Shown: positions 19,288 through 29,898, counted from the first letter of the stretch. The stretch is DNA of 64,000 nt from Terriglobia bacterium (GCA_965206645.1 CBDBKE010000004.1:2112001-2176000), one strand, 5' to 3'. Made by a program: numbers and translations. Notes: generated by a model from the letters alone, not told the origin.

Positions 19288-19435
19288 TCAGGCGGGCCCA
19301 TACAGGTGGTAGAGCATCCAGTACACGATCACCCCGGTCACCGACACGTAGAGCCAAAGCGGGAGCGTCCAGCGGGCAATCCTCATGTGCTTCTCAAACT
19401 GTTCAGTCCAGGCACGGTAGATTGTCATCAAGGCC
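19288..19435 (-). pseudogene. DUF420 (CtaM/YozB-like) C-terminal fragment
   Basis: ALMTIYRAWTEQFEKHMRIARWTLPLWLYVSVTGVIVYWMLYHLYGPA*. Confidence 0.8.
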
Positions 19436-19444
19436 TGGCGCTAA

Positions 19445-20464
19445 ATCTCCACCAAGACCACCAACTATCAGGGAGCCAAGCGTCTTCGGCGGAAAGCCCT
19501 GGAGGAACAAGAACAAGGGAGACTACCGGAGGGCGAGGTAGCGCGCTGGCCCTTCCAAAGGACGGCACAGGAATACCTAAAGGCAGCGGCTATCCGCCTA
19601 CGGCCTAGCAGCTTACGGAAGGAATCCTTTTTCCTGGTCCGCCCGCTGAAGCTTTTCGGGGCCGTTCCATGTGACCGGCTCACGGGTATACACATCCGGC
19701 GGCTGCAGTCCGACATGAAAGCAGCTCAGCGCCAGAACACCTACATCAACCTGGTCATGGGGGCGACGGCGCGAGTCCTGAAGTTCGCGAAGGTCTGGCG
19801 GCGCATTGAGGACGACGTGTCCCGTCTGCCGGAACGGAAGTCTCCCGTAGCTCGCGTCTTAAGCCCAGAGCAAAAGAAAAAGCTATTCGATGTAGCAGCG
19901 ACAAACCTCAATTGGACCTCAGCCTACGCAGCGACGCTGATTTCGGCCAACACCACCGCCCGAGGCTGTGACCTGCGGACCCTGCGGTGGCCTGATGTGG
20001 ATTGGTTCGAGCAAACCGTGTCCATTACCGACAGCAAGACAGAGGCCGGTGTGCGGCGGGTGCCTCTGAACAGAGATGCACTCGTTGGGTTCCGCATCTT
20101 GAAGGAGCGTGCCGCCAAACTGGGGATTGACGGCCCAGATTGCCATGTCTTTCCCGCCTGCGAACACTGGCATTATGACCCAAACCGTCCTCAGAAGACC
20201 TGGCGAAGTGCATGGCGCGCACTAACAAAGGCTGCGGGGCTCAAGGGGCTCAGATTCCATAACCTGCGGCACCAATGTGTAACTGAACTCCTGGAGAAGG
20301 GCGCCCCAGAGCAGACCGTCATGGCTCTTGCCGGCCACGTGTCTAAGCGGATGCTGGAACACTACAGCCACATTCGGATGGAGGCCAAGCGCAAGGCCGT
20401 CCAATTGCTGGCACCCGTGGCCGCAGACGAGGCAGAAAAGGCCGCTATTCCGAGGCCCAACTGA
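19445..20464 (+). mobile_element. Tyrosine recombinase/phage integrase, 5'-truncated
   Basis: Frame is open from 19445 (ISTKTTNYQGAKR...) with no start codon until the ATG at 19715. Catalytic R (ARGCDL), K (SKT), HNLR, AGH and Y (HYSH) are present. Converges on the tRNA-Val 3' end. Confidence 0.9.
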
Positions 20465-20538
20465 AGGTCTATGTGGAACTTTGTGTGGAACTCAGCCCTG
20501 CGAATGGAGGGCCGCTCCTGGCAAGCTACTGAAAAATA

Positions 20539-20615
20539 TGGTAGGCCCGAGCGGGCTCGAACCGCTGACCTCTACCGTGTCAAGGTAGCGCTCTAACCAA
20601 CTGAGCTACGGGCCT
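20539..20615 (-). tRNA. tRNA-Val(GAC)
   Basis: AGGCCCGTAGCTCAGTTGGTTAGAGCGCTACCTTGACACGGTAGAGGTCAGCGGTTCGAGCCCGCTCGGGCCTACCA; full cloverleaf with CCA. Confidence 0.97.
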
Positions 20616-20788
20616 ATTGTTGATGGTTTAATCAACTAGGCTTCGGAAGATTCTACCACGGTTCGTCTCGCCTCCGAGTTTGCTGCACAGGTCTGGCAAG
20701 ATGGAGAGAAGCCAGAGTCTAAGTGGTGGAAAAGAATCTGTGAAAAAAAGGAATGCTCCGCTGAGGGTCCGCGTCAACTCCTGGAATC

Positions 20789-21784
20789 TTACAGCAAGCG
20801 AAAGGTCACTTCGATCTGGGCGGACACGGGAACCGGCCGTCCGTCCTTCATGCCGGGCTTGAACTTCCACTGGAGCACGGCTTCCACGGCTTTTTCGTCC
20901 AGGCCCAAGCCAAGGCTGCGTTTCACGCGGATATTGCGGACCGCGCCGTGAATGTCCACCACGCAATAGATCAACACCGTTCCCTGGTACTTAGCCTTGC
21001 GGGCCTCTTCGGTGTACTCGGGCTCGACACGGTAAATCAACTGGGGCGCACTGACGCCGCCACCCGCTCGGAACACTCCGCCGCCGATGCCGCCACCCTC
21101 CCCCGGTCCAACGCCGCCGCCTCGTCCGGACCCGACACCGCCACCGTACCCAGAACCGATCCCGCCGCCACCCCCGGGACCACTGGAAGGCGGACCCAGC
21201 GCGCCTAGCGGATCGCCAAACTGCGCAATGTTGGTCTGTGGCAGCTTAATGTCGGGCGGGACCAGCAGCGTGGGGTCCACCGCCAGTTCCGGGTCTTCGT
21301 TGCGGATGATCACGGTGGGGGGCGTTAACTGTTCCATGGCAAATCGAGGCAGGCGCCCCTTGGAAGCCGGTTCGGGCGAGCGGTCGCCTCCGCCCCCACC
21401 GCCGCCGGACTCTTTCGCTGAGGCGGGCAATTGCGACAGGTACGGAGATATGTCAAGCACCTGGGCGAGTTTGTCCTTGGCGTCGACCACCACCTCACCC
21501 ACCTTGGGAGCGAAGATCACCAAAGCCGCAATCATGATCCCATGAAGCAACACCGACATCGGCCCGGAGATCTTTCCGTAGCGATACTGCCCCCAGATGT
21601 CTTTCACGGCAACCGGCCGGGACGTCACCCGCAGGGGCGGTGGCTTCTTGGCAAACAGCCATTGGATGTTGCTCTTCAGGGAGAGGTACCAGGGCTCGTC
21701 GGTCTCCACCAGCAGGCGTCGCAGGTGCAGGTTAGGGTCATCCGGCGAAAGCCGGGTGCGACGAGGAGTGGCCATATTGTCCAT
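20789..21784 (-). CDS. tonB: Energy transducer TonB family protein
   Basis: TM anchor, Gly/Pro-rich linker, C-terminal EPEYTEEARKAKYQGTV...GLDEKAVEAVLQWKFKPG. Confidence 0.9.
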   Translation of the reverse strand: MDNMATPRRTRLSPDDPNLHLRRLLVETDEPWYLSLKSNIQWLFAKKPPPLRVTSRPVAVKDIWGQYRYGKISGPMSVLLHGIMIAALVIFAPKVGEVVVDAKDKLAQVLDISPYLSQLPASAKESGGGGGGGDRSPEPASKGRLPRFAMEQLTPPTVIIRNEDPELAVDPTLLVPPDIKLPQTNIAQFGDPLGALGPPSSGPGGGGGIGSGYGGGVGSGRGGGVGPGEGGGIGGGVFRAGGGVSAPQLIYRVEPEYTEEARKAKYQGTVLIYCVVDIHGAVRNIRVKRSLGLGLDEKAVEAVLQWKFKPGMKDGRPVPVSAQIEVTFRLL

Positions 21785-22062
21785 CAGAACGAATCGCCTC
21801 TGGCGGCCGTTAGCCGCCCACGGCTCCTTCCGGAACCGATCTAGCCGAGCAGCGCGATCTAACTTGCGCGCCGCTCAAGATGTACCAAACTCCCGCGTAC
21901 TTGTCCAGGGGGCCCGTCTCACATACTCTCATTGTACACCGGCCTGCGCCCCCCACAAATCCAAGGGGGGACCCACTAGGTTAGACGCGGCTTTCGCCAC
22001 AAGAGTTTCGCAACCTGTGACTCCGGCTGGATTGCCGGTCCGCCGATGCCACAGTCGCCCGA

Positions 22063-22071
22063 TGCTATAAT
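22063..22071 (+). promoter_or_regulatory. Extended -10 promoter element of the ileS operon
   Basis: TGCTATAAT about 43 bp before the ileS ATG. The same TGCTATAATCGAGCA occurs at 27574 before the VWA gene. Confidence 0.6.
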
Positions 22072-22113
22072 CGAGCATTGCGCTCCGCGTAACCGGAGCA
22101 GCCCGGAGCAGCT

Positions 22114-24999
22114 ATGAAAGCCCCAGTGGACCTGAAGCTCACCATCAACCTGCCGCGAACCAACTTTCCTATGAAAGCCAACCTGCCCCAGCGTGAGCCC
22201 GGGGTCCTGGAGCGCTGGGAACGCGACCGGCTCTACGAACGCATCCGGCAACGACGCCAGGGCGCGCCGCTTTTCATCTTGCACGACGGGCCGCCCTACG
22301 CCAATGGCAAGATCCACCTGGGCACGGCGCAGAACAAGATCGTCAAGGACCTGATCGTGAAGTCGCGCACGATGGCCGGTTTCGATGCTCCCTTCGTGCC
22401 CGGCTGGGATTGCCACGGCTTGCCCATCGAGATCAAGGTGGATCAGGAACTGGGCGAACAAAAAGCGCAGATGTCGGCTTATGAGATTCGCCAGCACTGC
22501 CGCCGCTACGCCGAGAAACACGTCGATCTGCAGCGCGAGGACTTCAAGCGGCTCGGCGCCTTCGGCCAGTGGAGCAATCCCTACCTAACGATGAGCGCCG
22601 AATACCAAGCCACCATTGCCGGGGCTTTCCTGACGTTCTTGGAGAAGGGATACGTCTACAAGGGCCTGAAATCAGTGCATTGGTGCATCCATGACGTGAC
22701 GGCACTGGCCGAGGCCGAAGTGGAGTATGAGGAGCACGAAAGCCTGTCGGTATGGGTGGTATTCCCCCAGGCCGAAGGCGATCCGCAACGCTTTGGCCCC
22801 AATCTGCGCGCCATCATTTGGACGACCACGCCCTGGACGCTGCCGGCCAACATGGCCCTGACGGTTCACGCCGACTACGTCTACGTCATCCGGGAGGCCA
22901 GTGACGGCCACACCTACCTGCTGGCCCGTGAGCTGGCCGGTCCTGTGGCCGAAAAGACCGGCCTCCAGTGGGGCGTCGTCCGAGCAGAAGTGCGCGGCGG
23001 GGAACTGGAAGGCATGCGGTTCCGCCATCCTTTCGTCGAGCGCGAGGTGCCGGTAATCCTGGGGCCGCACGTCACGTTGGACCAAGGAAGCGGCATCGTG
23101 CACACTGCTCCCGGGCACGGCTACGAAGACTACGTGGTCGGGCAGCGGTACGGCATCCCGATCTATTGCCCGGTAGATGAGCACGGTCGCTTCACTCCCG
23201 AGGCCGGAGAATTGGCCGGCCGCCAGGTCTTTGAGGCCAACCCGGAAGTCGTCCAGTTGCTGCGCGCGCGCGGCATGCTGCTGGCCGCCGAGCAGATACG
23301 CCACTCCTACCCGCACTGCTGGCGCTGCCACAACCCCACCATCTTTCGAGCGACCAACCAGTGGTTTATCGGTATGGAACACAACGAGCTGCGTCGGCGG
23401 GCGATGGAGGAAGCGGGGAAAGTGAAATGGTCCCCGGCCTGGGGCGCCGAGCGCATGTCGCAGATGCTGGCCACTCGGCCCGACTGGTGCATTTCCCGCC
23501 AGCGCGTCTGGGGCGTGCCCATCGTGGCCTTCTACTGCGAGGGTTGCAGCGAGCGGCTCGCCGACTTGGCCGCGCTCCGGCACACAGTGGCCATCTTCGC
23601 CCGGGAGAGCGCCGACGCCTGGTACTTACGGCCGGCGCGCGAATTGCTGCCTGAAGGCACCCACTGCGCCCGCTGCGGCCACGGCGAATTCCGCAAAGAG
23701 AGCGACATCCTGGATGTGTGGTTTGACTCCGGCTCCAGCCACCTGGCCGTGCTGGGACACAGCGACGAGCTCCCCTGGCCAGCCGACCAGTATGTGGAAG
23801 GTGCTGACCAGTATCGGGGTTGGTTCCATAGTTCGCTGCTGGTCGGGCTGGGAGTGCACAACGCAGCACCCTACCGGCAGGTAACCACCACCGGCTGGGT
23901 GCTGGATGCACAAGGGCATGCCATGTCCAAGTCGCTCGGCAACGTAATCCTGCCCCAGGAAGTCTGGCAAAAGTACGGGGCCGAGATCCTCCGCCTTTGG
24001 GTGGCCTCGGTGGACTTTCGCGAGGACATGCGCATCTCCGAAGAGGCGCTGAGCCGCCTAGCCGAGGCCTACCGGAAAATCCGCAACACCTTCCGGTTCG
24101 CCCTCAGCAACCTCTCCGATTTTTCGCCGGAGCGCGACGCGGTGCCCGCCGCCGAGCTACGCGACCTGGACCGCTGGGCCCTGGTCCGGGCGGCTGAGCT
24201 GGTGGAACGCTGCCACGTCTGGTACCGTGAGCAGGCTTTCCATAAGGTCTATCACGCCGCCTACGACTTCTGCACCGTCCAGCTCAGCTCCTTCTACTTC
24301 GATGTGCTGAAGGACCGCCTGTACACCTCGCCGTCCGCCTCCCACGCCCGGCGCAGCGCCCAGACCGCCTTCTACCTGCTCGCCGAAGCCCTGTTGCGCG
24401 TGCTGGCGCCTGTGCTCTGCTTTACAAGCGAGGAGGCCTGGAGTTTCCTGCCCAAGCGGGCCGGCGCGCCTGCCGGCGCGCCTGATAGCGTGCACCTGAC
24501 CGATTTGCCTCGCGGCGAAGAACTCACCCAGGGCATCACCGCGGAGCAGCTGGAACGACTCCAGGATTGGGACCGTCTCCTGGTCGTGCGCTCCGAGGTC
24601 CTGAAAGCGCTGGAAGCCGCGCGCAACGAGAAGCAGATTGGCTCATCGCTGGAAGCGCGAGTGATCCTGGCCGCCGATGGCGAGTGGAGCGGGCTGCTGG
24701 AGCAGTACCGCGCCGAGCTCCCGATGCTGTTCATCGTCTCGCAGGTGGACCTGGTTCAGGACGGGCTGCCAGCAACGCAGCCCTCGCCGGTGCCTGGCGT
24801 GTTGCCGGGCACCGCGCAGGACGTGCTGCTGCGCGCCTTGGCGCCGGTGCGCGTAGTCATCCAGCGCGCCACCGGGGAGAAGTGCCAGCGCTGCTGGAAT
24901 TATTCGGTGCATGTGGGCGAAAATGAAGAGTACCCCACGGTGTGCGAACGGTGCGCGGCGGCGCTTCAGGAAATCACGGCTTCAGGAAATGACGAATGA
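22114..24999 (+). CDS. ileS: Isoleucine--tRNA ligase
   Basis: HDGPPYANG, HLGT (HIGH), AMSKS (KMSKS), WTTTPWT, C-terminal Zn finger. Confidence 0.98.
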   Translation: MKAPVDLKLTINLPRTNFPMKANLPQREPGVLERWERDRLYERIRQRRQGAPLFILHDGPPYANGKIHLGTAQNKIVKDLIVKSRTMAGFDAPFVPGWDCHGLPIEIKVDQELGEQKAQMSAYEIRQHCRRYAEKHVDLQREDFKRLGAFGQWSNPYLTMSAEYQATIAGAFLTFLEKGYVYKGLKSVHWCIHDVTALAEAEVEYEEHESLSVWVVFPQAEGDPQRFGPNLRAIIWTTTPWTLPANMALTVHADYVYVIREASDGHTYLLARELAGPVAEKTGLQWGVVRAEVRGGELEGMRFRHPFVEREVPVILGPHVTLDQGSGIVHTAPGHGYEDYVVGQRYGIPIYCPVDEHGRFTPEAGELAGRQVFEANPEVVQLLRARGMLLAAEQIRHSYPHCWRCHNPTIFRATNQWFIGMEHNELRRRAMEEAGKVKWSPAWGAERMSQMLATRPDWCISRQRVWGVPIVAFYCEGCSERLADLAALRHTVAIFARESADAWYLRPARELLPEGTHCARCGHGEFRKESDILDVWFDSGSSHLAVLGHSDELPWPADQYVEGADQYRGWFHSSLLVGLGVHNAAPYRQVTTTGWVLDAQGHAMSKSLGNVILPQEVWQKYGAEILRLWVASVDFREDMRISEEALSRLAEAYRKIRNTFRFALSNLSDFSPERDAVPAAELRDLDRWALVRAAELVERCHVWYREQAFHKVYHAAYDFCTVQLSSFYFDVLKDRLYTSPSASHARRSAQTAFYLLAEALLRVLAPVLCFTSEEAWSFLPKRAGAPAGAPDSVHLTDLPRGEELTQGITAEQLERLQDWDRLLVVRSEVLKALEAARNEKQIGSSLEARVILAADGEWSGLLEQYRAELPMLFIVSQVDLVQDGLPATQPSPVPGVLPGTAQDVLLRALAPVRVVIQRATGEKCQRCWNYSVHVGENEEYPTVCERCAAALQEITASGNDE

Positions 25000-25080
25000 A
25001 GAGTGATGAGTCCCTCAGGAACATCGCTCTTAACACCCGGAATGCCTGACGTTTCATTCCTGACTCTGCACTCTTAACCA

Positions 25081-25635
25081 ATGCGCGGGCTCCACTTACT
25101 AATTGCGCTGGCGGTGTTCACGCTGGACCAGGCCACCAAGGCCGTCGTCGAAGCCCGGATTCCTCTGCATGACGTCCGTCCGGTCATCCCCGGGCTGTTT
25201 CAGCTCACCCACGTGAAAAACCGCGGCGCTGCCTTCGGCCTCTTTGCTGACTCCCCGTCCGAGCTGAAGATCGTACTGCTGATTGCGGTTTCCGTGCTGG
25301 CGCTGGGCCTGGTGCTGGTGCTGCTGTGGCGCCACCAACCCGGAGCTTGGCCCGGAGCTTGGCGCACCGGGGTGGGACTGGCGCTGATTTTGGGCGGCGC
25401 CACTGGCAATTTGTTTGACCGGCTGCTGCATGGCAGCGTGGTGGACTTCCTGGACTTTTACCTGCGGAGTTATCACTGGCCTGCTTTCAACGTGGCTGAC
25501 AGCGCGATTGTTGTCGGAGCCGGATTGCTGGTCCTGGACATGCTTCTCAGTCCGACCGCCAGGGTCGAGCCCGTCTTAAGCGAGAGCCAAGCGAGGGCTA
25601 AGCGAGGGCCAAGCGAAGGCCAAGCGAGGGTTTAA
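25081..25635 (+). CDS. lspA: Lipoprotein signal peptidase II
   Basis: DQATK, NRGAAFG, GNLFDR, VVDF, FNVAD. Confidence 0.96.
   Translation: MRGLHLLIALAVFTLDQATKAVVEARIPLHDVRPVIPGLFQLTHVKNRGAAFGLFADSPSELKIVLLIAVSVLALGLVLVLLWRHQPGAWPGAWRTGVGLALILGGATGNLFDRLLHGSVVDFLDFYLRSYHWPAFNVADSAIVVGAGLLVLDMLLSPTARVEPVLSESQARAKRGPSEGQARV
25578..25631. repeat. 11-bp minisatellite x5 at the lspA 3' end
   Basis: AAGCGAGAGCC AAGCGAGGGCT AAGCGAGGGCC AAGCGAAGGCC AAGCGAGGGT. Confidence 0.9.
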
Positions 25636-26448
25636 TTGTACCCCAAGCTATTCACCATCGGCGATTTTGTCCAACACACCTACGGCCTGCTGGTGGCTTT
25701 GGGTTTCGTGGTGGCTTTGTGGCTCGTCACGAGGTTGGCGCGGCGGGACGGCCTGGATGCAGACCGCGTCTTCAACCTCGCCGTTTACTCGGCTCTGGCG
25801 GGGTTCCTGGGGGCCAAGCTCCTATTCTTGGTGACCGACTGGGAATATTACATGCTGAATCCTCGACAGGCGCTCTCTTTGCAGTCCCTGCAGGCGGGCG
25901 GTGTGTTCTACGGGGGGTTTCTGGGCGCAGTGATTTTTGCAGCCTGGTACACCAGGCGCGCCCGGCTTCCGTTTTGGAAAACCGGTGATGCCGTCGTGCC
26001 GGCTGTGGCGTTGGGTCACGCAGTGGGCCGGCTTGGCTGCTTTTCGGCCGGCTGCTGTTGGGGGACGCCTTCCACTTTACCCTGGGCCGTTACCTTCACC
26101 GACCCCTATGCCCACCAAACGTTCGGCGTGCCTCTGGGCATCCCGCTGCACCCGACCCAATTGTACGAAGCCGCTGCCGAGGCGCTGATCTTCCTTTTCC
26201 TGCTGTGGCAACGCAAGCACAAGAGCTTCGACGGGCAGGTTTTCGCGTTGTATCTGGCGCTCTATGGCGCGGCGCGTTTTGGGCTGGAGTTTCTTCGCGA
26301 TGACCCTGAGCGCGGCTTCTTGTTCGGCGGCTTGCTTTCCACGTCCCAGTTCATCGCCCTACTCTTGATCGCGGCCAGCGCCGTCCTGTGGTACTGGAAG
26401 CGGCCAGCGCGGGCGGCCGCCCCGGCCAGCCGCCCCACGCGTGGCTAA
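25636..26448 (+). CDS. lgt: Prolipoprotein diacylglyceryl transferase
   Basis: YG motif, GRLGCF, HPTQLYE, RFGLEFLR. Confidence 0.95.
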   Translation: MYPKLFTIGDFVQHTYGLLVALGFVVALWLVTRLARRDGLDADRVFNLAVYSALAGFLGAKLLFLVTDWEYYMLNPRQALSLQSLQAGGVFYGGFLGAVIFAAWYTRRARLPFWKTGDAVVPAVALGHAVGRLGCFSAGCCWGTPSTLPWAVTFTDPYAHQTFGVPLGIPLHPTQLYEAAAEALIFLFLLWQRKHKSFDGQVFALYLALYGAARFGLEFLRDDPERGFLFGGLLSTSQFIALLLIAASAVLWYWKRPARAAAPASRPTRG

Positions 26449-26544
26449 CGCGCTTGCTATCAATAACTTGCTTTGGGGCTTTCTTTGGGTTCTGAACAGG
26501 GGGTTCTGGACGGGCGGGCCTCGCTGTTCCACACTAAGTTTGTG

Positions 26545-27450
26545 ATGCGAGATTTTGTCGCCCAACCGACAGACGCAGGCAAACGCCTCGATCAGTTCCT
26601 GGTCGAACAACTGGTGGACGTGAGCCGCGTTCGCGCTCAGCGCCTGCTGCGTGCGGGCCGGGTGCAGATGAACGGCAAAGCAGCCAAAGTCAGCTACCGG
26701 CTCCGGGGCGGTGAGCAGATTTCGCTGGATTGGGAACCTTCTGGCCCCCTCCGCGCCTTGCCCGAAGATATCCCTCTGAAAGTCATTTACGAGGACGACG
26801 AGCTGGTGGCGGTGGACAAGCCGGCGGGGATGGTGGTGCATCCTGGAGCGGGCCGCCTCTCGGGCACGTTAATCAACGCGCTGCTGCACCGGTTTGAGGC
26901 CCTGTCCCAACTAGGCGGTGAGTCCCGCCCCGGCATCGTTCACCGCCTGGATCGCCAGACCAGCGGCGTGCTCCTGGTTGCCAAGAACGACGTCGCCCAC
27001 CGCCGCATGGCCGATCAGTTCCGCACCCGCGCCGTCGTAAAAACCTACCTGGCTCTGGTGCACGGCGTGGTCGAGCCGGAGCAGGACCAGATCACCGCTC
27101 CCATTGCCCGCGACCTATGGAGGCGGCGCCGTATGACCGCTCGTCGCAAAGGGACTAAAGCCCGCGAGGCTCTCACCGAATACAAGGTGCTTCGCCGCCT
27201 GCCCCGGTTCACTCTGCTGAAAGTCACCCTGCATACGGGCCGCACGCATCAGGCTCGGGTGCACTTGGCCAGCCGGGGACACCCCGTTGTGGGCGACACG
27301 CTCTACGGGGCCCCAGGCGGGCTGCTGGACCGCAACTTTCTCCACGCCGCCTCGATCGCTTTCCAGCACCCGCGCACCGGCCAGACGTTGGAAATCTCCG
27401 CGCCCCTGCCGCCCGAGCTGGAGAGGTTTCTCGCATCCAACGCGGAATAA
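26545..27450 (+). CDS. rluD: RluA/RluD family pseudouridine synthase with S4 domain
   Basis: RLDQFL S4 domain, KPAGMVVHP, HRLDRQTSG, TGRTHQ, GDTLYG. Confidence 0.92.
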   Translation: MRDFVAQPTDAGKRLDQFLVEQLVDVSRVRAQRLLRAGRVQMNGKAAKVSYRLRGGEQISLDWEPSGPLRALPEDIPLKVIYEDDELVAVDKPAGMVVHPGAGRLSGTLINALLHRFEALSQLGGESRPGIVHRLDRQTSGVLLVAKNDVAHRRMADQFRTRAVVKTYLALVHGVVEPEQDQITAPIARDLWRRRRMTARRKGTKAREALTEYKVLRRLPRFTLLKVTLHTGRTHQARVHLASRGHPVVGDTLYGAPGGLLDRNFLHAASIAFQHPRTGQTLEISAPLPPELERFLASNAE

Positions 27451-27615
27451 CATTGCGGCTCCTCTGTGTTGCCGCGGCACTGCTTGCGTCGTTGGGAGCC
27501 AGTCCGGCGTGAGGGGCCCACCGCGTATAATGCTACCTGCCGAAGTGTGGATTCAGCCGAGGCTGGCAAGCTTTGCTATAATCGAGCAAGGAGTTTTTGC
27601 CCGGTGTTGGGTCCT

Positions 27616-28569
27616 ATGACCCCGGTGTTGCGTCCTATGACAAAGTCACTCGCCCTTGTCTTCATTCTCAATGCGATTTGCCTTGCAGCCCAAAATCGGG
27701 CGGTACAGCCGCAAGGTTCCGAGCGCTCCGGAGGTGGCGATGCCAACATTCGCATCCGTGTGGATCGCGTGCCGGTGCTGTTCAGCGCTTTGGACCGCAA
27801 GGACCGCTACATCACCGATCTGACCCGCGATGAGATCGCGGTGTACGACAGCAAGAAGAAGCAGGAAATCATCGAGTTCACCAGGGAGACCGACCTGCCT
27901 CTGCGTATCGCATTGTTGATTGACACCAGCAACAGCATCCGGAACCGTTTCCGGTTCGAGCAGGCAGCGGCTATCGAGTTCCTGCAGGCGGTGCTGCGCC
28001 CCGAAATGGACCGCGCATTCCTGGTGGCCTTCGACACGAACGTCGAAGTGGTCCAGGATTTCACCGACGACATTAATAAACTCCGCACCGGAATCGAGTC
28101 GCTTCGCGCCGGTGGAGGCACCGCTCTCTATGACGCCATCTACCATGCTGTCCTCGAAAAACTGATGAAGGCAGAACCGGAGGGCAGTGTGCGACGCACG
28201 ATTGTTCTGCTCAGTGACGGCGAAGACAACCAGAGCCGGGTCACCCGGGAGGAGACCCTGGAGATGGCCCAGCGGGGCGAGGTCACCATCTACGTCATCG
28301 GAACCAACATCACTCGCATCCAGCGGCGAGGCGACAAGGTCTTGCGGCGGTTCGCGGAACAAACCGGCGGACGTATCTTTTTCCCCTTCAAGTTGACCGA
28401 CTTAACCAGTTCCTTCCGGCAGATTGGCCACGAGCTTCGGAGCCAGTACGTACTGCTGTTCCGACCCAGTACGCCGCGTGACGGCGCCTTCCATACCATC
28501 AAGGTGGTGGCCCGGCGCAAGGGTGTCACCGTACGCGCTCGCAAAGGCTATTATGCGCTGGAGGAGTAG
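27616..28569 (+). CDS. Acidobacterial VWA-domain exported protein
   Basis: DTSNS MIDAS, GGTALYDA, LSDGEDN, C-terminal RARKGYYA. Confidence 0.9.
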   Translation: MTPVLRPMTKSLALVFILNAICLAAQNRAVQPQGSERSGGGDANIRIRVDRVPVLFSALDRKDRYITDLTRDEIAVYDSKKKQEIIEFTRETDLPLRIALLIDTSNSIRNRFRFEQAAAIEFLQAVLRPEMDRAFLVAFDTNVEVVQDFTDDINKLRTGIESLRAGGGTALYDAIYHAVLEKLMKAEPEGSVRRTIVLLSDGEDNQSRVTREETLEMAQRGEVTIYVIGTNITRIQRRGDKVLRRFAEQTGGRIFFPFKLTDLTSSFRQIGHELRSQYVLLFRPSTPRDGAFHTIKVVARRKGVTVRARKGYYALEE

Positions 28570-28745
28570 GTCTGCCGGCGGACCCCGCCGACGGACCCTG
28601 GAGGTGAAGATTGGCCCGCGCCTCGGCCGGTCACCCGCGCCCCAGTAGCATTCCAGGCGGGCCTGTAGTATAACCGCAAGGAACATTCCACCCAGGGAAT
28701 ACCCTGACCGCCGTGGCTGGCGCGGCAGAAACGTAGCAGGGCAGT

Positions 28746-29837
28746 ATGGCAGACGAGCGGCAAGAGAAGACCCGGGCCCTGGAGCTGGCGCTCTCGCAGA
28801 TCGAGAAGCAGTTCGGCAAGGGCTCCATCATGCGGTTGGGAGCCCGGGAAGCTCTGGTCCCGGTCGCGGTCATTCCCACCGGCTCGCTGGCGCTAGACGC
28901 GGCGCTGGGCGTGGGTGGCGTGCCGCGGGGTCGCGTCATCGAGATCTTCGGTCCGGAGGCGAGCGGCAAGACTACGCTCGCCCTCCAAGTGGTCGCCCAG
29001 GCACAAAAGCAGGGGGGAATGGCCGCTTTCGTGGATGCCGAGCATGCACTGGATCCGGCCTATTCCCGCCGGCTGGGCGTGGACGTGGACAACCTGCTGG
29101 TCTCGCAACCGGATTACGGCGAGCAGGCACTGGAGATTGCTGAAGCCCTGGTGCGCTCTAGCGCCATTGACGTGGTGGTGGTGGACTCGGTGGCGGCTCT
29201 GGTGCCAAAGGCGGAGCTGGACGGCGAGATGGGCGAGCCGACCATGGGCTTGCAGGCCCGGCTGATGTCGCAGGCTCTGCGCAAGCTCACCGCCATCGTT
29301 TCCAAGTCCAGGACCAGCCTGGTCTTTATCAACCAGGTCCGGGAAAAAATTGGAGTCATGTTCGGCAACCCGGAGACCACCACCGGCGGGCGCGCGCTGA
29401 AGTTTTATTCCTCAATGCGCGTGGACATCCGCCGCATCGCCGCATTGAAGGACGGCGACGTGATCATCGGCAACCGGACCAAATGCAAGGTGGTAAAAAA
29501 CAAGCTGGCCGCCCCGTTCCGCAACGCGGAATTTGACATCCTCTACGGCGAAGGGATTTCCCGCGAGGGCGACCTGCTGGATTTGGGTGTGGAGAAGGGA
29601 CTGGTTGAGAAGAGTGGCTCCTGGTTCTCCTTCCGCAGCGAACGCATCGGGCAGGGGCGCGAGAACGCCCGGTTATTCCTCAAAGAAAACAAGGATATCT
29701 GCGAGCAACTGGAACGGGAAGTGCGCAAGGTGCTGGGGCTTCCCGAACCCGCCGCCGCTGCGGCTGGCCCTGTGCCGGCAAGCCCTCCCTCCGCGACCCC
29801 GCCTACTCCGCCGCGCGGCAAAGCAGTGACGCGGTAA
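28746..29837 (+). CDS. recA: Recombinase A
   Basis: [36 protein letters not shown]. Confidence 0.99.
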   Translation: MADERQEKTRALELALSQIEKQFGKGSIMRLGAREALVPVAVIPTGSLALDAALGVGGVPRGRVIEIFGPEASGKTTLALQVVAQAQKQGGMAAFVDAEHALDPAYSRRLGVDVDNLLVSQPDYGEQALEIAEALVRSSAIDVVVVDSVAALVPKAELDGEMGEPTMGLQARLMSQALRKLTAIVSKSRTSLVFINQVREKIGVMFGNPETTTGGRALKFYSSMRVDIRRIAALKDGDVIIGNRTKCKVVKNKLAAPFRNAEFDILYGEGISREGDLLDLGVEKGLVEKSGSWFSFRSERIGQGRENARLFLKENKDICEQLEREVRKVLGLPEPAAAAAGPVPASPPSATPPTPPRGKAVTR

Positions 29838-29898
29838 GGCCAACAAGACCAGCAAAAAGCGGCTCTCCTCCCGGTTTCCGTTACCCCCGTTTCCACCT

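Noticed and set aside
28660-28745. LexA box upstream of recA
   Set aside because: No GTTC-N7-GTTC, GAAC-N4-GTTC or CTGT-N8-ACAG match was seen.
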